NCBI RefSeq assembly: GCF_015547515.1 | Contig: NZ_JADMVE010000001.1 | Coordinates: 1,064,253-1,088,252, forward strand | From: Eubacterium sp. 1001713B170207_170306_E7 | GTDB taxonomy: Bacteria > Bacillota > Clostridia > Eubacteriales > Eubacteriaceae | Length of the DNA stretch: 24,000 bases | Reading direction: 5' to 3' | Shown here: piece by piece, positions 17,260 through 24,000 of the stretch | Numbering within the stretch: the stretch's first letter is position 1 | Layout of the letters: each line of letters begins with the position of its first letter | Translations under genes and position numbers: made by a program | The notes under the pieces: generated by a model | Seen by the model: the letters and a program-made list of their open reading frames with translations, nothing else | Database searches by the model: none | What the model was told of the DNA's origin: nothing

Positions 17260-17373
17260 TTTAGTATCCTTTCTATGAATTAAATACAAATATCCAATAT
17301 TAGGTATTTATTTTACATTTCAATGGAATCACCTTCTTTTTTTTGAGTAATTACAAATTAATTTGTTGATTGC

Positions 17374-17402
17374 ATTATATAACGATTACATTCAATACTC
17401 AA
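17374..17402 (-). promoter_or_regulatory. sigma-A-type promoter candidate for the secreted-protein gene
   Basis: The minus strand has TTGAGT (plus-strand coordinates 17397-17402), a 17-nt spacer, then TATAAT (17374-17379). Confidence 0.45.
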
Positions 17403-17427
17403 CAGCCTTTTATCGAACGCAATATAT

Positions 17428-17500
17428 CTTGTAACAAAAAGATAATAACTTATAATAAAGGACTTGTTAACAAAACTAGCTTTTCGTTTTTTGTTACATC
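17428..17500. promoter_or_regulatory. array of three TTGT-N(1-2)-ACAA palindromic motifs upstream of the -35
   Basis: TTGTAACAA at 17429-17437, TTGTTAACAA at 17464-17473 (a perfect 10-bp palindrome), and TTGTTACA at 17491-17498. The outer pair form a perfect 11-bp inverted repeat, TGTAACAAAAA / TTTTTGTTACA. Confidence 0.4.
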
Positions 17501-18404
17501 TAAAATAGCAATACCCTATAAACGAATGGTTGATCTTCGGTTGATTCTGTAATCATGACTAAAGTGTTGCTTGTTAGATTTTGGTACAGCATAAAATCAG
17601 AAAGTTAGGATAGAGATTCAGTCAAATTTTACATATCGTTAGCTCTTTAGACTATATTTAGAGGATATAGTACAGAATCATTCTGTATATAATCGGAGCC
17701 ACTGTAGACGCTTTTATAATGATGTTTTTTATGTTCGATTTCCACTGAAATTGTAATGAAATATATTGAATTCGATTTTGTGACGACTGAAGAAATTATG
17801 GCGGATGATACTTATCTGCTGTAAATGACGTTCAATAACTCATTCAAGACAGACCGTATCGAAAGGAATGTAGCGCTATCTGGATGCTTTGGATTAGGAA
17901 TTTTCGAAGCAGACTGGCTTTAGTAACCCGAGACAGGAGTCAGAGAAGTAACGGTACAAATAAGTGCAACAGATAGAGATTGTTGTTGTATCAATCAGCA
18001 TTATAAAAAATTAACTAGATGTTTCATGGAAGGGACTATAGATTGTTATTGTTGCATCATAATGGAAGGCCATATTTTTCTACAAACTAAAGGCGCTTAT
18101 GTTTAGCTGAGCCCACCCGAAAGCTAAATAAGAATAAAAGATACAGGATAAAATGAAAGAATTAACGGACCTATTCGTTTAAACAATAAGCAATCAATAA
18201 AAATATTTTAGCAAGAGTAACCTTTATCCTTATAGGGTCATTTTAACTATTTCTTTTTACTTCTTCTTCAGTAAATCTTTGTTTGTATATATATAATAAT
18301 TTTATAAACAAATATATTTTTATAATTAAAATATTAAATTCAATTTTTTAAAAAAGTCGTCTTTTTTTGATAAACAAAAAAAGAGAAAAGCCATCTCCTG
18401 TTTA

Positions 18405-19045
18405 AAAAGGACGAATTAAAACGGAATGTCAAAGAGTTGGTCAATACAGATGCCTTGGTGCCTGAGAACCATTTGCTGCGCCATATTGATCAGACCGCTG
18501 TCTTTACTTGTGTTTATGACTTTGTTGAAGGGCTTTATTGTCCCGATAATGGTCGCCCCAGTATGGAGACTATGGTGCTTGATTAAGATAGTTTTGATCC
18601 AACATCTTTATGGCCTTCCTTCGCTGCGCCAGACCGTTCGAGACATTGACATGAACATTACTTATCGGTGGTTTCTGGCGATTCCACTCAATAAACCCAT
18701 TCCTCATTTTGCAACCATCGACTATACGTTCAGACATCAGTTTACTAAAAAGGTAGTGGAACAAGTCTTTACCTGGATTTTATTCGAAGTGGAAGCCGCC
18801 GGTTATCTCAAACCCGAGGTGGGCTTTGTGAACCCAAAACCAACGCCAACCTGAAAAAAGTCAGTAAAGCCATTTTCGGCGCCGCAAACCCTATGAGAAA
18901 CAGCTGTTCGAAGAAGTCAACCAGGATCGGGTGATCAACGCATCGACAACGGATCCGGAAAGCGAAGTTTTCCATAAAGGCAAGCAACGCCAGTGCTTTG
19001 CTTACAATGTACACACCGTATGTGAGAGAAACAACTTTGTGATCT
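18405..19045 (+). mobile_element. truncated, frameshifted IS1182/IS5-like transposase remnant (N-terminal part only)
   Basis: LVPENHLLRHIDQTAVF..YDFVEGLYCPDNGRPSMETMVL is followed by a frameshift, then IKIVLIQHLYGLPSLRQTVRDIDMNITYRWFL...PHFATI. Later fragments are STTDPESEVFHKGKQRQCFAYNVHTVCERNNFVI. Confidence 0.7.
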
Positions 19046-19260
19046 GAAAATCTTTCCACTCCTTTGTTTCTGTATCTTTTTCTTAGCAGGTTTTATTGAT
19101 TGAGTAATCTCCAAAATTGTATAATCAGATAACTCGTTTTTCATAACTTTTTCTCTTTTTTAAATCAACATTTTGTCTTATGATTCTTTTGACATAACTA
19201 TTTAATAATTATTTTTTCATGATTATCATACTAATCTAAAATTTCCTGGATTCCACAACC

Positions 19261-19689
19261 TTATCTCATTTTTTTATCAGCTTTTGAGGATATATTCCGG
19301 ATATAACCATAATCATGTCCTAATTCTATAGATATTTCAACTAAGCTTTTCCCTAAATAACGATGTGCATAGAAAACTTTTTTTTCTAAACTTCCCATAT
19401 GATTAATTGCTTCTTCTATCGTTTTTTTTGTTTTATTTAATAAATAAATTTCTCTGTCTTTTTCTTCGATTTTTTTTTGTAATAAACATATTTCCTGTTC
19501 AATGGAAATTCGTTCTTCAATGTGCTTGTAAGAAATAAATTTTTTCTTTTCAAATAACCTTTCTTTTCTTCTTATATAGCGATCTTTTTCAGCTTGCTGA
19601 ATTGCTAATTCCTGTTTTAAATCTACTATATTTATATCTTTATAAGTTTTGCTAGGCTTTTCTTTATCCTTTTTTTGCCGCATATTCAT
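19261..19689 (-). CDS. coiled-coil protein with C-terminal sigma-70 region-4-like HTH (phage late-regulator-like)
   Basis: 142 aa. LEKKVFYAHRYLGKSLVEISIELGHDYGYIRNISSKADKK resembles a sigma region 4. The RBS is weak. Confidence 0.55.
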   Translation of the reverse strand: MNMRQKKDKEKPSKTYKDINIVDLKQELAIQQAEKDRYIRRKERLFEKKKFISYKHIEERISIEQEICLLQKKIEEKDREIYLLNKTKKTIEEAINHMGSLEKKVFYAHRYLGKSLVEISIELGHDYGYIRNISSKADKKMR

Positions 19690-19795
19690 CTTTATTTTTA
19701 GGAACCTTTCTCAATAATAAAAAGTCAGATTGACAAAATGCTTTTACTCAAATCCTTATTATTAATATCTATATAACTATACTAAAACTAATCAT

Positions 19796-20434
19796 TTAAT
19801 AATTGTTAACGCTCTGGTCTATTCTCAACATAATGCTAAATTGAATTTCATTTGCTGTACATACATCAGGTGTATAGCTAATCCCTTCTACTTTATCAAT
19901 CAACAAAGTGTTCTGTTGAGCATTTTCGATCAATACTTTTAACTTTTCATCTTGATATTGTGGCATAACCGGCTCAATCAAATATCTTACAACATTTTCA
20001 ATGTATTCTGTGCGATCATCTTCAAATTTTGCTAATCCTTTATACGTGATATGAAAGATCACTATTTTTTCTTTCTCCCCTTCATCATTAAGATAAAGGC
20101 CATCGTTATCAGACAACGTTACGATGGTAGACTTTATTCCGGATACATTCAAGATATTTTCATAAACTGTTTGAGAGTTTGAACTGTCTATTGGTTCCCA
20201 ACTTGTATAATTTTCAGTTGCTGCATAAAGCTCATTATATGACTCAATATATATATCGGATGAAGTTTTTGGATTAGTTTTTATGTTTTTCTTTTCATTC
20301 TCGATTTCTTTAGTAATAGAAGTATCTGAATTAATTTGACTTAATACTCCCCATGAAAGAAGCACAAAGGAAAGAAATAGCAATAATAATACAACTGAAA
20401 GACATAAAAAACAAATTTTTAACTTTTTTTTCAT
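19796..20434 (-). CDS. N-terminally membrane-anchored extracytoplasmic protein, unknown function
   Basis: 212 aa. MKKKLKICFLCLSVVLLLLFLSFVLLSW forms an anchor or uncleaved signal. The remainder is acidic and soluble. No family is recognised. Confidence 0.65.
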   Translation of the reverse strand: MKKKLKICFLCLSVVLLLLFLSFVLLSWGVLSQINSDTSITKEIENEKKNIKTNPKTSSDIYIESYNELYAATENYTSWEPIDSSNSQTVYENILNVSGIKSTIVTLSDNDGLYLNDEGEKEKIVIFHITYKGLAKFEDDRTEYIENVVRYLIEPVMPQYQDEKLKVLIENAQQNTLLIDKVEGISYTPDVCTANEIQFSIMLRIDQSVNNY

Positions 20435-20471
20435 AGTTTAACCCCTATACTTAAATATTAAATAATTCAAG

Positions 20472-20497
20472 AGAGAAGGAGCCCTAGCTCCTTCTCT
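20472..20497 (-). terminator. hairpin terminator after the 626-aa gene
   Basis: AGAGAAGGAGC (20472-20482) pairs with GCTCCTTCTCT (20487-20497) across a 4-nt loop. The downstream tract is only moderately T-rich. Confidence 0.6.
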
Positions 20498-20501
20498 AAA
20501 A

Positions 20502-22382
20502 CTAAATTAAATAATCTGTTGTAATCCAAACATCAAAATTCCCTGGCGTTAGACCCATTCCTGGTACCTTTGATGTATATCTAAAATAGTAAATTTCGCC
20601 ATAGACAACGCTGAAATGCACCTCGCTTGTTCCACCATTCGATATAGAAATAAAACCTAATGTTTCTCCTGTACTGGCGCATACTAATTCTAATTCGCCA
20701 ACCCCACTTGTGTTATTTGAAAAGTAATCAGCATGAACACGCATACCTGTTGCTAAAACTCTAAATCCACGTCCACTACCACTTGTAAATTGTTTTAAAC
20801 TACCCAAGTAAGTATAAGAGTCACCGTCACGGATATTTCTGGTTGCTGCCTCAACAAAAACAGGATTGCTCAATAAACTTGTAACAGCTGGATACTGTCC
20901 TGAATAAGCCACCTTGTCTAAATCCCAATTATCAACACTATATTCGTGAAATTGATCATAAGTCCAATTATCGGGAATTCTGTAACCCATATTACCGCTA
21001 TAACCTGTAGACATGTCACTAACAAAGGAAGTAACTGCATAATGATTACTGATTACTGCACGACTCGTTGCTCTAGTTCCATAAACACCAATTTTATAGG
21101 GTGATCCTAATGTATCCATCTTGTCTTTCAGTGCCTCAAAATATGGCAAAACGGTACTGTTAATCATATCTTCTGTAGCATCAAAATCGACAGCGAAAAA
21201 TATTACATTACCGCTTGGAATTCCGTGAACATTCGCTTGATGAACTGCTGTTTCCGCATCACGCCTTCCATTTTGTTCTGTAAAGTATTCTAGTGCCGCC
21301 TCAATGTTACCGGGAGATTCCTGAAAAATCGGAAAGAATTGAACTCCTGCCGATAAGATTCTTTGCGGCTCGCCCATTCTAAGTTCTTTAAAATCTCCAC
21401 CAGTAAGATATCTCCCTACAATTTGGTGACCTTGTGAAAGAATATACTGTAATCGCCCTGTTGTCATCTCAAAACGCGTATCACAGGCCAAACTACCTCG
21501 ATCTGGATTTCCTTTACTTAATAATAAAGACATCCAGGTATTGACATCTACTGTGCCTGTTTCTGGTAAAGCTAAATCACTTTGGAATTCGGTAATTTTA
21601 GCTGCTAATGCTGAATCCCAAGTTGAACTCAGTATGTTGACATCATAACCATTGCATACCAACGCATAGCGTGCAAGAAATACTGCTTCACTATTACCCG
21701 AAGACGGTAGTAAAATATGAATTAAATTTGCTTTCGTTCCATCTCCAAAATTTCCAGTCGCATCTTCAACACTATATCCTTCAATAGCTTGGAGAACTTT
21801 AATCATCGAGTCATTCATTTTGCGTCCATAAAGACCATCGCAAGGCGATAATCCAATATAATTTTCATATTTTGAATTTAACGTCCGTTGTATTGCCGCA
21901 ATTTGTATCGTACCACCATAGTCACTCAATACTTTAAATTGATCCATTGATAATAGCGCTTTCATAACGTTTAAAGTAACTGTACCATTTGTCGCATTAA
22001 TCCCAGCGTCTTCTTTTAATTCCATCACACCAGCAGCAGTTCCAGATCTGAAAAATTTGGTAATTTCACTGGTTCCCGTAGAATATCCTTTACACCATAA
22101 CCCGCACTGAATAATTCCATACACATTATTCAGTGTTTTATCGTTGTCTTCTTGTGGCACAACTCCATTTGGGTATCTTTGCTTGAATTTTGAAATTGTC
22201 CCATCACCAAAGTTATCTGCAGTCTCTTGTATTCCTAATTCAATCTGCAAAGCTCTTATCAAACCATTTATTGTTCCCCAACCGGTTTGTCCATCTTCAG
22301 TTACTGTTGGAAATCGATCGTAACCATAGCTTCCATAATTTGAATTCAACCACATTTGTGATTTTTTTACCATTGCATCCAT
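20502..22382 (-). CDS. leaderless multidomain cell-wall protein: PG-binding-like repeats, DUF1906 (Rv2525c-like glycoside-hydrolase fold) and an unknown C-terminal beta-rich domain
   Basis: I chose the ATG at 22382 behind an AGGAAGGAAG RBS. Repeated ...GxxGxGT...L(I/Q)xxLG... modules are followed by GRYLTGG...FPIFQ...VIFFAVDFDA...IGVYG, which is typical of DUF1906. There is no signal peptide. Confidence 0.75.
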   Translation of the reverse strand: MDAMVKKSQMWLNSNYGSYGYDRFPTVTEDGQTGWGTINGLIRALQIELGIQETADNFGDGTISKFKQRYPNGVVPQEDNDKTLNNVYGIIQCGLWCKGYSTGTSEITKFFRSGTAAGVMELKEDAGINATNGTVTLNVMKALLSMDQFKVLSDYGGTIQIAAIQRTLNSKYENYIGLSPCDGLYGRKMNDSMIKVLQAIEGYSVEDATGNFGDGTKANLIHILLPSSGNSEAVFLARYALVCNGYDVNILSSTWDSALAAKITEFQSDLALPETGTVDVNTWMSLLLSKGNPDRGSLACDTRFEMTTGRLQYILSQGHQIVGRYLTGGDFKELRMGEPQRILSAGVQFFPIFQESPGNIEAALEYFTEQNGRRDAETAVHQANVHGIPSGNVIFFAVDFDATEDMINSTVLPYFEALKDKMDTLGSPYKIGVYGTRATSRAVISNHYAVTSFVSDMSTGYSGNMGYRIPDNWTYDQFHEYSVDNWDLDKVAYSGQYPAVTSLLSNPVFVEAATRNIRDGDSYTYLGSLKQFTSGSGRGFRVLATGMRVHADYFSNNTSGVGELELVCASTGETLGFISISNGGTSEVHFSVVYGEIYYFRYTSKVPGMGLTPGNFDVWITTDYLI

Positions 22383-22587
22383 TTTAACAACTTCCTTCCT
22401 AAATTTTTTCAAAAAGTCTTTCAAAAATATTTTTGTACTAGCACACCTTAATATTACCCTGTTTATAGAGCGCATTCAAGTATTTTACCCTATTTTTATA
22501 TCAAAATGTAATCAACGCAAATAATCATGTAACTAAGTTCCAATTAAACTTCGCTGTAATCTATCCATTTAGTTCAGTTCCATAAAC

Positions 22588-22622
22588 ATAAAATAAAAAG
22601 CTGACACCATAAATTTGTCAGC
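22588..22622 (-). terminator. orphan minus-strand terminator upstream of the 626-aa gene
   Basis: GCTGACA (22600-22606) pairs with TGTCAGC (22616-22622). TTTTTATTTT follows on the minus strand. No minus-strand gene lies upstream of it. Confidence 0.5.
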
Positions 22623-22763
22623 CCAGTTTATAATCAATTATTAATATTATCATACTTAGCCAGACTGAAAAAACATGTGACAATTTGTGTACAGCATATT
22701 GTCAAAAATCATGCTAAGATAAAAGTGTCAGTTGAAGAGCCTGCTTTATCTGGAGGTGATCAT

Positions 22764-23000
22764 GTGTCTGAGTTTCAGACCATCATAATAATTGTGGGAA
22801 TCCTCACAAGTATAGCCTTCGGATTTGTTATTTATCGCGATAATGTTAAAAATGAAGGAAAACAGATGGGTGCTTTAAAAAACGATATAAAGCATTTGAA
22901 TGAACAAGTCATTTCTAATCAAAATGAAATAAGGGAATTAGATAAGAAAATACAAAAAACGACAGAGCAATTGACACGTTTTGAGGAACGGATTAAGTAG
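22764..23000 (+). CDS. small N-terminal-TM plus coiled-coil protein of the lysis cassette
   Basis: I chose the GTG at 22764, 7 nt after a GGAGGTG RBS. TM segment IIIIVGILTSIAFGFVIY, then a heptad-like KNDIKHLNEQVISNQNEIRELDKKIQKTTEQL. The position just before the holin is typical of phage lysis accessory proteins. Confidence 0.55.
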   Translation: MSEFQTIIIIVGILTSIAFGFVIYRDNVKNEGKQMGALKNDIKHLNEQVISNQNEIRELDKKIQKTTEQLTRFEERIK

Positions 23001-23032
23001 GCTCTCTGTCATAATAATGAGGTGATGCTTAT

Positions 23033-23266
23033 TTGAAATGGAAAAACCGCTTAAAAAACAAAGCGTTTTGGGCTGCATGTGTGGGTTTGGTAGTTTTAAT
23101 ATTGCAGTATATACAAAGTTATTTAACCTTTGAACTGAATATTTCTTTAATAGAGAAAATATTGTCGGCCATTGTTTTATGTGCAGTTACATTGGGGATT
23201 TTGATTGATCCTACAACGCCAGGTGTTAAAGATTCTGATAAAGACAAAGATGGAGGTGAAAAATAA
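23033..23266 (+). CDS. phage holin (phiLC3 / Phage_holin_1-like)
   Basis: TTG start 7 nt after a GGTGA RBS. KWKNRLKNKAFW, two TM helices, DPTTPG, and a charged tail. This resembles the phiLC3-family holin signature. Confidence 0.8.
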   Translation: MKWKNRLKNKAFWAACVGLVVLILQYIQSYLTFELNISLIEKILSAIVLCAVTLGILIDPTTPGVKDSDKDKDGGEK

Positions 23267-24000
23267 TGGAGATGACCTTAACGCAGGTTCAGGAAGCCCT
23301 TAAGCTCTGCAACTACGCGCCGGGGACGGTCGATGGCTTCGACGGTCCCGAAACCCAGGCGGCGGTGAGGCGGGCCCAGGAAGGCTATGGCATTGAGACT
23401 GACGGCATTGCCGGTCCGGTGACAAAAAACCACCTGTCCGAGCAGGTGCGCGGCATACAGGCGCAGTTAAACGCAAAAGGCTGCGGCTGCCCGGTGGATG
23501 GCCTTCCAGGCCCCTTAACCGATGCGGCCGTCAAAGCATTGCAGGCCGATTTTGGACTCAACGCTGACGGCATCGTCGGCTATAACACTGAAGCCGCCCT
23601 GTTTGACTATGCCGCAGGCGATCCGGCGCCGGCTTTTGACCCACAGGAACAGGTAACCGAGCATTTTAATATGCAGGAGTTTAAATGTGAGTGCGGCGGC
23701 AAATACTGCGATGGGTTTCCAGTCCCGATGAACCGGACGCTCATCGAAAAACTGGAGGAGGTTCGGAGAGACCTGGGGATTCCCCTGGTTGTGACCTCCG
23801 GCGTAAGGTGTGAAATCCTCAACGCAGAAGTCGGCGGCGTGCCGGATTCCTACCATAAACTGGGACGGGCGGCCGATATTGCCGTCTATGCCGACAATGG
23901 CTACACCGTCGATGCGGTGGCAGACGCGGGTGAGCGGTATGGCCTGAAGACCATCCGCTATTATGACAGAAGCTTTGTGCATTTTCAGTGGAATGATTAA
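23266..24000 (+). CDS. endolysin: two PG_binding_1 repeats plus peptidase M15 (zinc D-Ala-D-Ala carboxypeptidase-type) domain
   Basis: 244 aa. The ATG overlaps the holin stop (TAATG). There are DG..GP.T..AV..FQ-type repeats, Zn ligands in SYHKLGRAAD (H-x6-D) and a C-terminal VHFQ. The gene is GC-rich, unlike the holin. Confidence 0.9.
   Translation: MEMTLTQVQEALKLCNYAPGTVDGFDGPETQAAVRRAQEGYGIETDGIAGPVTKNHLSEQVRGIQAQLNAKGCGCPVDGLPGPLTDAAVKALQADFGLNADGIVGYNTEAALFDYAAGDPAPAFDPQEQVTEHFNMQEFKCECGGKYCDGFPVPMNRTLIEKLEEVRRDLGIPLVVTSGVRCEILNAEVGGVPDSYHKLGRAADIAVYADNGYTVDAVADAGERYGLKTIRYYDRSFVHFQWND

Larger units (their letters stand above)
4066..23265. mobile_element. AT-rich integrated accessory island (integrase/excisionase-bearing, mosaic and partly decayed)
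   Basis: Hand counts of single 60-nt lines gave 65% GC at 1081-1140, 27% at 4201-4260, 12% at 15601-15660, 38% at 23041-23100 and 62% at 23401-23460. Integrase and xis sit at the left end, with three IS remnants inside. The exact ends are not determined. Confidence 0.5.

Noticed and set aside
17370-17552. 60-aa plus-strand ORF in the promoter region of the secreted-protein gene
   Set aside because: TTG start, no RBS, low-complexity AT-driven translation. It overlaps the promoter and operator array.
17560-18400. Moderately GC-richer non-coding stretch, considered as a group II intron fragment, transposase relic or small-peptide locus
   Set aside because: I found no domain V-like motif, no recognisable protein fragment in six frames, and no RBS-preceded small ORF longer than about 10 codons. 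I leave it unannotated.
18426-18854. 142-aa ORF taken as an intact gene
   Set aside because: Its first ~55 residues are an out-of-frame read of the IS1182-like N-terminus, whose true frame gives LVPENHLLRHID... It ends prematurely, so it is part of a transposase pseudogene.
1-24000. CRISPR arrays, tRNA or rRNA genes
   Set aside because: No regularly spaced direct repeats and no cloverleaf-like or rRNA-like GC-rich segments were seen. This includes the integrase-proximal junction, where a tRNA target might be expected.

Overview
The window looks like a Clostridia-type Firmicute locus. A GC-rich chromosomal flank (1-4065) carries a hydantoinase/oxoprolinase-family gene, a MerR/GyrI-like regulator, a small Cys-rich protein, and pstS with a PhoP-box-like promoter. 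It is followed by an AT-rich accessory island of about 19 kb (about 4066-23265). The island opens with a tyrosine integrase plus excisionase. Next come a twice-frameshifted Y-family DNA polymerase gene and a Tn916-like regulatory pair (sigma-region-4 protein and Xre HTH). After these sits a complete but unusually arranged agr-type quorum-sensing module: agrA, agrB, agrC and a 56-aa agrD that is below the ORF-track cutoff and that I translated by hand. Decayed IS remnants of three families (IS3, IS110, IS1182) bracket a cassette made of a Sec-secreted ~180-aa protein of unknown family, a strong terminator, two small polytopic membrane proteins and an ABC ATPase. That layout resembles a bacteriocin/toxin plus immunity locus. 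The right part holds a sigma-region-4-like protein, a membrane-anchored protein, and a 626-aa leaderless multidomain peptidoglycan-binding, DUF1906-like putative muramidase. Divergent from these is a phage-type lysis cassette: a TM/coiled-coil protein, a phiLC3-type holin, and a PG_binding plus peptidase-M15 endolysin. Base composition switches from AT-rich to GC-rich exactly at the TAATG holin/endolysin overlap (23266). I found no tRNA, rRNA or CRISPR array. The items most worth follow-up are the mobile agr module with its hidden AgrD, and the adjacent candidate secreted-effector/ABC-immunity cassette. All family assignments come from motif recognition by eye. No database search was run.
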